The translations under genes were made by a program, and so were the position numbers. DNA of 41,085 bases from IMG/VR virus record IMGVR_UViG_3300019468_000025, positions 1-41,085 of that record, one strand, 5' to 3'. This document shows positions 1 to 10,359 of this stretch, piece after piece (positions within the stretch are counted from its first letter, which is position 1; the number at the start of each line of letters is the position of its first letter). The stretch is from a virus. The notes under the pieces were generated by a model. It saw nothing but the letters and a program-made list of their open reading frames with translations, had not been told where the DNA came from and made no database searches.

Positions 1-1
1 A

Positions 2-799
2 GTGGTACCTTGTGCTGAGCTTACTGTTCAGCAGCATCTAGACTCTATGGCTTATACTAATGCTTGTAACCCTGATACTGTGTATGCTTTTACTTCTAAG
101 GCTGCCGAAGACTTACAAGGTGCTGATGGTAGTATCTTTAAGAAAGCCAAAGACCTAAAATATCGCCGTACTATTGGTATCTACTCCACTAAGCATGAAG
201 ATGCCGTAGCTGGTATCATGGCTTATGCTATGGGTATGATGACTGGCACAGTAAATAGTGCTTTCACATTGAAGTTTAAGAGCATCTCTGGTGTAGCAAC
301 TGAGAACTCTGAATCTGCTGTATCTGTATCCGCCGTTGACAAACTTAAAAAGCAAAATGGTAATATCTATGTGAACCGCGGCTATTACTATGATATGTTC
401 GAAGAAGGCACTATGGCGGATGGCACATTCTTTGATGAAATCATTTACTTGGATAAATTAAAGAATGACTGCCAACTTGCACTCATGGACTTGTTTGTAC
501 AGAATGCCAAAATTGCCCAAACAGAGGGTGGCATGACTCGTATTCATAACGCACTCAATGGTGTGTTAAAAGACTACCAAAAAATTGGTTACTTAGAGAC
601 CGGTATTTGGCGTGGTAGTAATATTTTGGACCTCAAATATGGCGATACTGTCAACAATGGCTATCTAGTTCAATCTGAGCCTATTGCTGAACAGAATCAG
701 TCTGACCGTGAGAACCGTATTGCTCCGCCTATCTATATCGCTCTAAAACTTGCTGGTGCTATTCATAGTGCAGTAGTTCAAATTGATGTTAACCGATAG
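2..799 (+). CDS. Tail sheath protein, 3' portion; the 5' part is at 40630..41085, joined across the circular junction
   Basis: The ORF entering from the window start is in frame with the ORF at 40630 when the 127-bp terminal duplication is collapsed. It sits upstream of the tube, chaperone and tape measure genes, and its size and position fit a sheath. Confidence 0.55.
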   Translation: MVPCAELTVQQHLDSMAYTNACNPDTVYAFTSKAAEDLQGADGSIFKKAKDLKYRRTIGIYSTKHEDAVAGIMAYAMGMMTGTVNSAFTLKFKSISGVATENSESAVSVSAVDKLKKQNGNIYVNRGYYYDMFEEGTMADGTFFDEIIYLDKLKNDCQLALMDLFVQNAKIAQTEGGMTRIHNALNGVLKDYQKIGYLETGIWRGSNILDLKYGDTVNNGYLVQSEPIAEQNQSDRENRIAPPIYIALKLAGAIHSAVVQIDVNR

Positions 800-808
800 G
801 AGGCAACA

Positions 809-1255
809 ATGGCTAACTTCTCTACTTACTCTTTTACTGATATTGAGTTAGTACTCTCCCACCCGAGCTATGGACAATTCTCCTTGAATGGCGAAGGTGC
901 TGGCTCTATTCAGATTAACAAAACTACTGAGCGTTCTACCCACAATGTGGCCGCAGATGGCTCCGTTATGACCTCTAAAATTGCTGGTGATAATGGTACA
1001 GTGGTAGTCAATGCTCAGCAAACTAGTGACTTACATTCATGGTTACAAGGCCTCTTTAATTACTTAAAAGGCGCTAATACCAACGAATGGGCCCAAATCT
1101 CTATGACTATGCGAGCACCACATATGGGCCGTAATGTGATTGGTACATATGGCTCTATTCAGAAAGAGCCTGATGAAACCTTTGAAACACAGGGCGGATT
1201 GCTTGCATGGACTTTACTATTTGGTGATATCCAAAAAACTAACCGTTCTATCTAA
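809..1255 (+). CDS. Tail tube protein
   Basis: A 148-aa ORF with an AGGAGG ribosome-binding site, lying between the sheath and the chaperone/tape measure genes (the XkdM-like position). Confidence 0.5.
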   Translation: MANFSTYSFTDIELVLSHPSYGQFSLNGEGAGSIQINKTTERSTHNVAADGSVMTSKIAGDNGTVVVNAQQTSDLHSWLQGLFNYLKGANTNEWAQISMTMRAPHMGRNVIGTYGSIQKEPDETFETQGGLLAWTLLFGDIQKTNRSI

Positions 1256-1266
1256 GGAGACACATT

Positions 1267-1734
1267 ATGAAAGAAAAATTGGTTGAAATCGAGACAGATG
1301 GTAAAAAGCGTACCTTTATTGTGAAGAAATTTGACGCTAGAACTGGCTCTTATGTTATCTACACAGTATTGAACCGACTTTTACCATCTATCCTTGAATT
1401 TGCTCAGCCTGAGGCTCGTCAGAAGCTTACTGGTGGTACCGAGGCAGTCACAGAAATGGCTACCAAGGTACTCACTAGCTCTACACTAAGTGAGGCTGAG
1501 TTCTTAGACTTGCAGAATAAATGCTTGCGGGTATGTTACGAAGTACTACCAGCGGGCAATACTCCTGTAATCACCAGCACTGGTCAGTATGGTGTAATTG
1601 GCTTAGAAGATGACCTTGTGACTATCTTCCGTTTGACATTGGAGGCCCTTGTGTTCAACCTAAAGGGTTTTTTCACCGGAGGCGGCTTGACACAAGCATT
1701 CCAGAGCCTGCAGGGTATGAAGTCTGCCAACTAA
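1267..1734 (+). CDS. Tail assembly chaperone (gpG-like)
   Basis: A 155-aa ORF immediately upstream of the tape measure gene, with a strong ribosome-binding site (AAGGAGA). Confidence 0.5.
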   Translation: MKEKLVEIETDGKKRTFIVKKFDARTGSYVIYTVLNRLLPSILEFAQPEARQKLTGGTEAVTEMATKVLTSSTLSEAEFLDLQNKCLRVCYEVLPAGNTPVITSTGQYGVIGLEDDLVTIFRLTLEALVFNLKGFFTGGGLTQAFQSLQGMKSAN

Positions 1735-1913
1735 AAAACCTTGACCCCTTCGTATATCTGCCTGTAATAGAGGGTATGTGGAGCCAGCATGAGGTCTTTG
1801 ATGGCACCTATGACTTTGATGACCTCATGGACGCTCATGAGATACTCATGGTAAGACAGGAGAATAAACGAAGAGCACAAGAACACCAAGAGTTATTACA
1901 GGGGGCATTATAA
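1267..1913 (+). CDS. Tail assembly chaperone, -1 frameshift-extended form (gpGT-like)
   Basis: A slippery heptamer T_TTT_TTC lies at 1668-1674 inside the chaperone ORF. The -1 frame stays open from about 1674 to a TAA at 1911-1913, which overlaps the tape measure ATG. The extension reads protein-like (...VYLPVIEGMWSQHEVFDGTYDFDDLMDAHEIL...). Confidence 0.45.
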
Positions 1914-4177
1914 TGGCGAGAAATATAATTGATGAATATCTAGTCTCACTAGGCATAGATATTGACCACTCTTCTATCTCTAAGTTAGATACCGCTCTGG
2001 GTAAAATTGAAGGTATGGTAAATGCTACTGCTTCGCTCGGTAAGAACTTAGCAGTAGCTTCTACCGCTATCATAGGCTCTATCTTTGGAATCATTAGTGC
2101 TGGTACAGCTCTAGTTGCTTCTAATGCTGATGTAGAGAATTCTTACACAACACTCTCTACTAGCATGATGATAACCGAGAAACAAGCTAAGTCCATGAAA
2201 ATGGCATTAGATGCTCTAGGTAAATCACAAAACGAGGTAATGCTCAATCCTAAACTCCGTGAGCAATATAGAATGCTGCTTGCTGATAGCCAAGCTATGA
2301 TGGCAGGCGGTGACTATAAAGCCATGATGGGTGAAGTCACAGACTTTATGTTTGAGTTTACTCGGCTCAAACAAGAGATAGCTGTGGGCATGCAGTGGAT
2401 ATCTTACTATATCATCAAAGACTTGGCTGGACCCTTAGGTGAAGCTAAGGACATCATGAAGCAGATTAATGCTTATATTATCCAAAACATGCCTAGAATC
2501 ACTCGTACCATTGCAACTGGCTTTGGATATGTGAGGAATATATTCTTTACTATATGGCGAGTCATTAAGGGTATAGCTTCACACATCAAAGAGTTCTGGG
2601 AGAATTTACCAAAGGCTGGCAAGAAAGCCTTTATAGCACTAGGTGTGGCGCTTTATGCTGCCAGTGGACCAGTTGGGTTACTCCTTGTTGGACTAAGTAG
2701 CTTACTACTCTTACTAGAAGACTACTTTGCATACATGGACGGTAAAGAGTCCATGTATGGTGAGTACTGGGAGAAGCTTAATGAAAAGCTAGAAGTACTC
2801 AACGGTGCATGGGACACTATGCTCAGGTATGTGAGAGAATTCTTCGAGTGGGTAGATAAATCTGAGAATGTGAAGAGATTCACTGACCTCATCACTCGAC
2901 TAGCTAAGGGCGTTGCCTGGCTTGCTTATGAGATAGGCAATCTTATCTATAACTTCTTGACTAAGTTCTATGATACACTTAGTAGAAAAGGTGTATTAGA
3001 TGAATATCAAGAAGCATTGGGTGACATCACAGAAGCAATAATAGAGCTTTATAACGCTGTTGGAGACTTAGTGTATGATGTACTAAGTATCTTCTTTGAA
3101 GACATGGAAAAAACTGATATATTACAGTCTTTCTGTGACTTATTAGTAGAGATAGTTAGAATCTTTGCTATGTGGATACGACTTGTAGCAAGTATCATAA
3201 AGCTATTTGCTAAGTTCCTATCACAGCTCAAAGGTGACCCAAAAATAAAAGCATTCTGGAAGAGTGTTACACACCTCTTTGATGAGTTCTTTAAAAAGCT
3301 TGCTGGGGGTTTATCTACCTTAGGTAAGATTGGTAAGATTATCGGTCTATTACTCACCGGTAACTTTACTGAGGCCGCTAAACTAGCTGGCCAGACAATT
3401 ACTGGTGGTAGTGGTATGTTCACTGGTGAAGGTGAGGCCGGTACTACTGCTCTTGAAGATATTGACTATCTTGTAAAGAATGGCCTATCAGAGAAGCTAG
3501 CTATCGCTATCGTATCTAATCATGGGCAAGAATCTGAGCATGACCCAACAAACTATGTGGCCAACGATGGTGACGGTAAGCCTTCTGGTGGTTTAGGTAT
3601 GTGGCATGCTGACCGGCTTGAAGACTTGAAATCGTTTGCTGCCGAGCGTGGTACTGATTGGACTGATAGAAAGACCCAGCTAGATTATATTATAGCTGAG
3701 GTTAGAGGTCTACGTCAGGGTTATAACTATTCACACGTAGCAGCTGCTGCTGAGGCTGCTGGCTCGGTAGAAGAGGCATCTCGTATATGGACAGATGGTT
3801 ACGAGATACCAGACCCGGCATATGCTAACTATGAACGAAGACGGGCAGATGCTACTGCATTAGCTTCTGTATTACAGTCTAAAAAAGACACAAAAGTTGC
3901 TATGGGTGACGGCTCTGGTATGGGTATAATCAAAGGCCATATAGAACTTGCTAAGCAAAAGTTCAATAACTGGGTGGGTAATACTAATAGCCTCAGTAGT
4001 TCAGCTAGCTCTTTCACTTCTTCGCCAGTTGTATTCAATGGCGGAATTAATGTGAATGTAGCCAACTCTAATGCGTCCGCATCAGATATAGCCAATGCTA
4101 CTGTACAAGGTATCAAGAAAGTATTACCTCAACGCAATCTAGACAGCATTTACGATAGGGGGTCCGGCGTAGTATGA
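1913..4177 (+). CDS. Tail tape measure protein with a C-terminal tail-lysozyme-like domain
   Basis: A 754-aa ORF with helical and hydrophobic segments. The C-terminal region (HGQESEHDP...GGLGMWHADRLEDL...WTDRKTQLDYIIAEV) matches the phage tail lysozyme domain pattern. Confidence 0.75.
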   Translation: MARNIIDEYLVSLGIDIDHSSISKLDTALGKIEGMVNATASLGKNLAVASTAIIGSIFGIISAGTALVASNADVENSYTTLSTSMMITEKQAKSMKMALDALGKSQNEVMLNPKLREQYRMLLADSQAMMAGGDYKAMMGEVTDFMFEFTRLKQEIAVGMQWISYYIIKDLAGPLGEAKDIMKQINAYIIQNMPRITRTIATGFGYVRNIFFTIWRVIKGIASHIKEFWENLPKAGKKAFIALGVALYAASGPVGLLLVGLSSLLLLLEDYFAYMDGKESMYGEYWEKLNEKLEVLNGAWDTMLRYVREFFEWVDKSENVKRFTDLITRLAKGVAWLAYEIGNLIYNFLTKFYDTLSRKGVLDEYQEALGDITEAIIELYNAVGDLVYDVLSIFFEDMEKTDILQSFCDLLVEIVRIFAMWIRLVASIIKLFAKFLSQLKGDPKIKAFWKSVTHLFDEFFKKLAGGLSTLGKIGKIIGLLLTGNFTEAAKLAGQTITGGSGMFTGEGEAGTTALEDIDYLVKNGLSEKLAIAIVSNHGQESEHDPTNYVANDGDGKPSGGLGMWHADRLEDLKSFAAERGTDWTDRKTQLDYIIAEVRGLRQGYNYSHVAAAAEAAGSVEEASRIWTDGYEIPDPAYANYERRRADATALASVLQSKKDTKVAMGDGSGMGIIKGHIELAKQKFNNWVGNTNSLSSSASSFTSSPVVFNGGINVNVANSNASASDIANATVQGIKKVLPQRNLDSIYDRGSGVV

Positions 4178-4965
4178 ATCTAAAACCATTAATTACTTCC
4201 GTTAAAGACTACGGAAAAGAAATTACTAGCTCTCGTGCTAGCTGGACCGACTTCACAAAGCAAGTAGCTAAGACCTTTGGGAATCGTACTTTACTTGATT
4301 ATACAACCATGTTCAATAATATGGACACATTCCTACTAAGGTCCAATAGCTGGACTATTGGTGGTGCTGTGTTCAATGGTATCATGAGTACTGGTCACAT
4401 GATTGAAGTGAATCCAACACATTACCCGGTGCAATCAGGTGCTACTATGACTGACCATGCAGTATTACAACCAGCTGAGCTAGATATTGATATACTAGTC
4501 TCTGACGCTCAGAATAATACTGCCTCTTGGGGTAGTGTTCGCACCGGCAATAAGTTTGTGGACCGGCTCTTAGATGGCTATGGTAAGGTACAAAAGTACA
4601 AGAACCTAAAAACTATGTTCTCTGAGCCAGGTCAGGTAGCTACCTCAGGTGAACGAGGTGCTTCTGCTTGGGCACTGTTAAAATCAATGGCGGAGGCTCG
4701 TATACCCGTAGATATTGTGACTAGGCTTGGTACATATCACAATATGCTCATTCAAAGTGTGCATACTCAGGACGAACTCTCTACACTATATGGCTTACGT
4801 GTTACTATTCATTGCTTACAAGTACAGGTAGCTAATGTGGCTGAGGTAGCAGTATCTGCTAGAAAGCAAGTGAGTCAAAATACCAATGGTGGTGTTCAAC
4901 CGGTGGCTACTGAATCTTCTGCTAATAACAAGAGTATATTAAAGTCGATTGATGATAGCTTATAG
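4174..4965 (+). CDS. Tail/baseplate assembly protein (XkdP/gpU-like position)
   Basis: Its start codon overlaps the tape measure stop (ATGA). The call rests on position in the tail module. Confidence 0.4.
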   Translation: MNLKPLITSVKDYGKEITSSRASWTDFTKQVAKTFGNRTLLDYTTMFNNMDTFLLRSNSWTIGGAVFNGIMSTGHMIEVNPTHYPVQSGATMTDHAVLQPAELDIDILVSDAQNNTASWGSVRTGNKFVDRLLDGYGKVQKYKNLKTMFSEPGQVATSGERGASAWALLKSMAEARIPVDIVTRLGTYHNMLIQSVHTQDELSTLYGLRVTIHCLQVQVANVAEVAVSARKQVSQNTNGGVQPVATESSANNKSILKSIDDSL

Positions 4966-4975
4966 GGGGTAAGAT

Positions 4976-5302
4976 ATGAAGACGATAATACCTATTAGTA
5001 ATAGGCCAAATAATACTTTCTCCTGTAAGATACCAGTGGACCATAAGAATATCACTCTTACCTTTACTACTCATTTCAATGAGGTAGCTGGTTATTGGTC
5101 AGTATCTATCTCTAACTCCGAAGGTATAGAGCTTATACATAATTTGCCGGTATTACCTAGCCAGAATATACTATCACAATTAGCATATATGCGTATCGGG
5201 AGCGCTTATATCGTGAAAGGTGATAATCTCAGCGAGGAAGAATGGCCAAGTGAGGAGTCACTAGGCTCTAATTGGTATTTAGTTTGGAGTGATACACCAT
5301 GA
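4976..5302 (+). CDS. Hypothetical small tail protein
   Basis: A 108-aa ORF with a GGGGG ribosome-binding site, lying within the tail module. Confidence 0.4.
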   Translation: MKTIIPISNRPNNTFSCKIPVDHKNITLTFTTHFNEVAGYWSVSISNSEGIELIHNLPVLPSQNILSQLAYMRIGSAYIVKGDNLSEEEWPSEESLGSNWYLVWSDTP

Positions 5303-6300
5303 GTGCTAAGCAAGAAATACTAGGCAATGACCAACAAACCTTATATGGTAGAATGTGGCAAGTATTAGTGTGGACTGGAGAAGAGAAAGCTCTTGATGTA
5401 TCAGACCTAAGGGTTGTGTTTGAGGTTAAGCAAAATGCGTTAGGGCAACCCGGGATACTACACTTAGTGATATATAATCTGAGCCCAGAATCAGAAGCAC
5501 AGATTATCCAAGAAGGCTTTCATATTCAGCTTATTGCTGGGTATCAAGCTCAGTATGGTATTATCTTTGACGGCGATATTATACAAGTATTCCGGAACAA
5601 GGATGACGGCATAGACTATAAGTTGGAGATTATAGCCGCTGACGGTAAGAATTGGATGGGGTTAAACTTCGTCCGAACTACACTAGCTGCTGGCTGTAAC
5701 CCACGGCAAATAGTTGAAGGTGTGGCTAAGCTATCATACCACCCTATTGAGATTGAGACTATCTCTGACACTTTACCTAAGCAGGAGCTACCTCGTGGTA
5801 AAGTGTGTTGGGGTCAACCAAATAAGATACTCAATGACATTTCAAAGGGTACTGATTCTTTTTATCATGTGAGCCAAGGTAAACTTACTGTCCGTAAATA
5901 CACCGACCCGATACCGGAGGATAAAATGATTGTTTTAACGCCGGAATCTGGCCTTGTAGGGACGCCAGAATATACTGATGACGGTATACATATCAAAATG
6001 CTCTTAAACCCCCTTGTGGGCCTTCATAGCATGGTTAAAATTGATAATGAAATCATACAACGCCAAGCGATTGACCTTGGTATACTTACTGGTACTACCA
6101 CAATGGACCCTAAGTCTATCAAAGCTACTGACCAGAAGCTAAAATTTGACCCCGACGGTGAATATGAAGTATATTCTTATGTTCACTCGGGTGATACTCA
6201 TGGACAAGTATGGACCACCGAGGTTGTTGGTATAGGTAGGAATGGTAGAGCGGGTTTACCAGTAGCAGTTGAAAGTGCAGAAGGGACGGTGAGAAGTTGA
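5299..6300 (+). CDS. Baseplate hub / late control gene D-like protein
   Basis: A 333-aa ORF translationally coupled to its neighbour (ATGA overlap), upstream of gpV/W/J/I-like genes. Confidence 0.45.
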   Translation: MSAKQEILGNDQQTLYGRMWQVLVWTGEEKALDVSDLRVVFEVKQNALGQPGILHLVIYNLSPESEAQIIQEGFHIQLIAGYQAQYGIIFDGDIIQVFRNKDDGIDYKLEIIAADGKNWMGLNFVRTTLAAGCNPRQIVEGVAKLSYHPIEIETISDTLPKQELPRGKVCWGQPNKILNDISKGTDSFYHVSQGKLTVRKYTDPIPEDKMIVLTPESGLVGTPEYTDDGIHIKMLLNPLVGLHSMVKIDNEIIQRQAIDLGILTGTTTMDPKSIKATDQKLKFDPDGEYEVYSYVHSGDTHGQVWTTEVVGIGRNGRAGLPVAVESAEGTVRS

Positions 6301-6932
6301 TAAGTGTTGAAAACAGGACACTAGGTGAGTTAGATAATCAGCAAAAGACTGAGGACCAAATTGCTCGTTCATTGTGGACAGCAATACCCGGTATTGTTAC
6401 TTCTGTTAACTACAATGAGCAGACTGTGACTGTACAACCTACTATACGTGAGAAGGTAAATCTTGAAGGTAAGTATCAATGGCTAGAATTACCTGAGCTT
6501 ATACATGTACCTTTCTTTATTTATAGTGGTGGCGGTTATACTATCACAATGCCAATAGCTGTTGGTGATGAGTGTCTAGTGGTATTTGCTGATATGTGTA
6601 TAGACGCTTGGTGGCAGTCCGGTGGCATACAAAATCAAATAGACCGTAGGAGACATGACCTATCAGACGGCTTTGCTATATGTGGATTCAAATCACAGCC
6701 ACACACCGTATCTGGTTATAGTGGTAATTCAGTCCAAATCAAGCATGGTGGCTCTACTATCTTTGACATTAGAGCAGGGCAAGTGACTATAAATGCTGAT
6801 GTTACTATCAACGGTAGTCAAACTGTCTCTTCTAATCACACAGTCAATGGTACTCTTACCACCGGTGGAATTAATATGAATAACCATACACATCGTGGTG
6901 ATAGTGGTGGTAGTACAGGAGGTCCAAGATGA
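6297..6932 (+). CDS. Baseplate spike (gpV-like)
   Basis: A 211-aa ORF with a probable TTG start overlapping the upstream stop. It has a glycine-rich C-terminal apex containing a His-Thr-His motif (NMNNHTHRGDSGGSTGG). Confidence 0.5.
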   Translation: MISVENRTLGELDNQQKTEDQIARSLWTAIPGIVTSVNYNEQTVTVQPTIREKVNLEGKYQWLELPELIHVPFFIYSGGGYTITMPIAVGDECLVVFADMCIDAWWQSGGIQNQIDRRRHDLSDGFAICGFKSQPHTVSGYSGNSVQIKHGGSTIFDIRAGQVTINADVTINGSQTVSSNHTVNGTLTTGGINMNNHTHRGDSGGSTGGPR

Positions 6933-7282
6933 GGTATCGCAGATTAGACAATGAAGGTGATTATACCTTTGGTGCTGGTGGTGCTGATATGCTCACCGAT
7001 ATAGAAGCCTGTGCTCAGTCTATCAGAACTAGGTTGTGGCTATTATTTGGAGAATGGTGGGAAGACCTCACAGATGGCTTACCACTGTTCCAAAAGATAT
7101 TAGCCCAGCGTGATATTAACATAGCCTCTGAGGCTATTCGTAACCGTATATTGGGTACTCCTCATGTAAGAGATATTATCTATTTTAGCGCTGACTGGGA
7201 TAACGAGCAAAGACACTTACTTATCTCGTGTGTGGTAGATACTGATTATGGTCAAGTTACAGTGGAAGGAGTGAAATTCTAG
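6929..7282 (+). CDS. Baseplate wedge protein (gpW-like)
   Basis: A 117-aa ORF with an AGGAGG ribosome-binding site, in the position between the spike and J-like genes. Confidence 0.5.
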   Translation: MRYRRLDNEGDYTFGAGGADMLTDIEACAQSIRTRLWLLFGEWWEDLTDGLPLFQKILAQRDINIASEAIRNRILGTPHVRDIIYFSADWDNEQRHLLISCVVDTDYGQVTVEGVKF

Positions 7283-8451
7283 TGGCCTATTTCAAGCCAT
7301 ATGTGGACGCCTCTGGCTTCCATTATCCGTCATATGATGACATCAAGCAAGAACTCATAGAGGAAATGAAGCGAATCTATGGGCAAGACCTATACCTAGA
7401 GAATGATAGTCAAGACTACCAGATGATAAGTGCCTTTGCTTTAAAGATATATGATACTTATCAAGCTATAGAGCTTGACTATAATAATAGGTCTGTAAAG
7501 ACCGCTATTGGTACTGCCTTAGATACCTTAGTAAAGAATAATGGTATTACTCGTAAGAAAGCCTCTTACAGTACTGTAAAGCTTACTATTACGGGTGAGC
7601 CAAATACTAATATTATAGGAGGTCAAGCTAAGGATAGTTCTGATAACACCTGGGCACTCAGTGAGTATTATGTCACTATACCAGCTAGTGGTACTATTGA
7701 TGTAGATGCTACTTGCACTAAGCTTGGTGACATCACTACTAATGTGAATACTATCACAAAGATAGTAAACCCAACTAAGGGTTGGCTATCTGTGACCAAC
7801 AAAGCTATACCTACCCCAGGGCAACCAGTAGAAACTGATGAGCAACTTAGAAAACGTCAGTCTATCTCTGTGGCTAACCCTTCACAAACTGTAATAGAAT
7901 CTACTGAGGGTGCTATAGCTGCTATCGAGGGTGTAACTCGGTATCGTGTGTATGAGAACGATACTTCTATTACTGATTCCAAAGGTATACCTTCACATAG
8001 TATAAGTGCTGTGGTTGAAGGGGGTACAGACAAAGAAATAGCACAAGCTATATACCTACGTAAAGGCCCAGGTTGTGGTACCTATGGCAATACCACTATA
8101 CAACTTATACCAAGGTCTACTGTACCAATCGACATTAAATTCTCTAGGCCTACTTACGCAGATATAGACGTTCAGGTTAAAGTAAAAGCACTTACTGGCT
8201 ATAATAATGAAGTAGAAAACGCTATACTAGAGCAAGTGCGTTATTATTTATCTATTTTAGAGATAGGCCAAAATGTGTATATTTCGTCCATATGGGCGGT
8301 GGCAGCTCGTGCTATATCAAATATTACAGCACCAACTTTCTCCGTGTTAGAAGTGAAATTAGCCTCTAATAATGGCAATTTAGCTACTACTGACATCACA
8401 ATAGCACATAATGCTGTGGCTAGATTTAAAAGCTGTAAGGTGGTGAAGTAG
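7282..8451 (+). CDS. Baseplate J-like protein
   Basis: A 389-aa ORF with a GTG start overlapping the upstream TAG. Its size and order match gpJ/XkdT. Confidence 0.55.
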   Translation: MAYFKPYVDASGFHYPSYDDIKQELIEEMKRIYGQDLYLENDSQDYQMISAFALKIYDTYQAIELDYNNRSVKTAIGTALDTLVKNNGITRKKASYSTVKLTITGEPNTNIIGGQAKDSSDNTWALSEYYVTIPASGTIDVDATCTKLGDITTNVNTITKIVNPTKGWLSVTNKAIPTPGQPVETDEQLRKRQSISVANPSQTVIESTEGAIAAIEGVTRYRVYENDTSITDSKGIPSHSISAVVEGGTDKEIAQAIYLRKGPGCGTYGNTTIQLIPRSTVPIDIKFSRPTYADIDVQVKVKALTGYNNEVENAILEQVRYYLSILEIGQNVYISSIWAVAARAISNITAPTFSVLEVKLASNNGNLATTDITIAHNAVARFKSCKVVK

Positions 8452-9015
8452 ATGGCGTTGTATGAAGGCTACCTAGACCTTATTACGAGTGAGCACCGTA
8501 TCAGACCCAAGTATATAGCAACTGTGAAAAAGCTAATTGAAAGCACAGACTCTATCATGGAGCTTTCACTTATACTGCCAAGCTACTTTGATATAGATAA
8601 TGCTGTTGGTGAGCAGTTAGATATACTTGGTGAGCAGCTCGGTAAATCTCGTGTACTGCCATTCAACTCCGTAGCTGGCCGTAGCAGTATACTCACTGAT
8701 GACTTATATAGGGTACTACTTAAAGCTACTATTGCTAAATTCAACTGGCATGGTGGTATAGAGGAGTTATATAAACACTGGGACTCCTTACTACCAGATA
8801 TCAAAATCTCTATCAGAGACAACCAAGACATGACTATAGATATTACTCTTATTGGGGTTAAAAATGAGCAGCTTAAAGAGATGATACGGCTAGGTTATAT
8901 TATACCTAAGCCACAGGGTGTGAGATTAAACTTACAAGTATCTGCTAACCCAGTATTTGCTTATGATTTAGATAATAGCTCTTTTGCGGGCTATGAGAAA
9001 GGTGAGTGGTCATAG
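8452..9015 (+). CDS. Baseplate/tail protein (gpI/XkdU-like)
   Basis: A 187-aa ORF following the J-like gene. Confidence 0.45.
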   Translation: MALYEGYLDLITSEHRIRPKYIATVKKLIESTDSIMELSLILPSYFDIDNAVGEQLDILGEQLGKSRVLPFNSVAGRSSILTDDLYRVLLKATIAKFNWHGGIEELYKHWDSLLPDIKISIRDNQDMTIDITLIGVKNEQLKEMIRLGYIIPKPQGVRLNLQVSANPVFAYDLDNSSFAGYEKGEWS

Positions 9016-9016
9016 T

Positions 9017-10351
9017 ATGGCAGCTAATAACTTCAAGGTCTTTAATGAGTCTAAGACCAATATTATGAATGATACCGATTATGGTACTCACATTCAACGG
9101 AAGAACGGTGTAGTGAGTGGGGTTGCTATCTCAGCCCTCCACAACAAGCTTTACCGACAAACTTCTATTGTAGCTAAAGCTGTGGCTGACTTTATCGCTA
9201 GCCAAGAGCTAGATGCTACGGACAATGACTCGGCACTATTCTCTACTAACCTAATAAAGGCATTAGAGAAAGTAACTAAGTTACCTCTTGACGGTCACCG
9301 TACACAAGAAGTACTTGACCACCCAGACCAATCTGTGACTACCGCTAAGGTCAAAGACCTAGCTATCACAGAGGGTAAATTAGCCAAGGATTCAGTCACA
9401 GAAGCCAAAATAAAAGACCTATCAGTGACTACTCGTAAGCTTAATGATAAGTCTGTAACCATGACCAAGGTAGATGATGAAGTCAAGAAATACCTAGTGG
9501 ATACTTATATTAAAAAGTCTGGCGATAGTATAGACGGTGACCTTATATTCAAAGGCTCTAAGGGCTCTGTATACTTTAACCCTAACAACTCTGTAAGTGC
9601 TAAGGTCTATGTGAATAACAATGGCACATTGGACATTGGTGTGAATAACTCTGCTAATGGGGCAGTAGATAATATAGCACTATGCAGTATGAATAAACCT
9701 AAGTGGTATAATAAAAACAGCGGGCCCAAAGCTCTTGCTACGGAGGAAGATGTGACCAATGCGGTAGCTAAGAAAGTATCTAAGGCCGGTGATACCATGA
9801 CTGGTAACCTCACCTTAGATACTACCTCTACTATTATCATCAATAAGAAAGGAGGTAAAGGTAGTCATACCATCGGTGATGGTGGCTCTAATGGCGGTGA
9901 TACCAACCTGGATATAGGGTCCTATATAGACACACCAGAAGCTAATCTGTGCTGTTATGAAAGACCAGGATGGTGGGGTGAAAATAAGCAAAAGGTATGG
10001 AAGCCATTCCTAACTATACCAGATATAAGTATTACCTCTGGCAATATCAATAACGGTGAGCTGTTGCCTATACCAGAAGGGTTTACTGAAAGTGAGTGTC
10101 ATTGGCTTTTAAGTATGGACCAATCTAACCCAGAGAGATGGTTCCTAGACATTAGAGAAGGCGGCCCTTGTAACATGATTAATTTTGAGTGCTGGAGGGA
10201 AGGACGTACAGTCCATGTGGGTGTTAGATATGGTGGCGTTGATGGCTTATCTAAGAACTATGCTTCACAAAATCAAATAGGTGTAAATGGCGCCGAGGTG
10301 TTTATTGGCGGTAGAGCTAATTATATTTGTATTGCAGTCAAGAAAGCCTAG
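9017..10351 (+). CDS. Tail fiber protein
   Basis: An ATG at 9017 follows a ribosome-binding site and lies just after the upstream stop. The protein contains roughly 10-aa repeats (SVTxAKIKDLSVTTRKL...). Confidence 0.55.
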   Translation: MAANNFKVFNESKTNIMNDTDYGTHIQRKNGVVSGVAISALHNKLYRQTSIVAKAVADFIASQELDATDNDSALFSTNLIKALEKVTKLPLDGHRTQEVLDHPDQSVTTAKVKDLAITEGKLAKDSVTEAKIKDLSVTTRKLNDKSVTMTKVDDEVKKYLVDTYIKKSGDSIDGDLIFKGSKGSVYFNPNNSVSAKVYVNNNGTLDIGVNNSANGAVDNIALCSMNKPKWYNKNSGPKALATEEDVTNAVAKKVSKAGDTMTGNLTLDTTSTIIINKKGGKGSHTIGDGGSNGGDTNLDIGSYIDTPEANLCCYERPGWWGENKQKVWKPFLTIPDISITSGNINNGELLPIPEGFTESECHWLLSMDQSNPERWFLDIREGGPCNMINFECWREGRTVHVGVRYGGVDGLSKNYASQNQIGVNGAEVFIGGRANYICIAVKKA

Positions 10352-10359
10352 GTGATAGT

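Noticed and set aside
1846-4116. The minus-strand ORFs 1846..2094, 3049..3423 and 3829..4116
   Set aside because: They sit inside the tape measure gene or the chaperone frameshift extension on the opposite strand, and they have no ribosome-binding sites.
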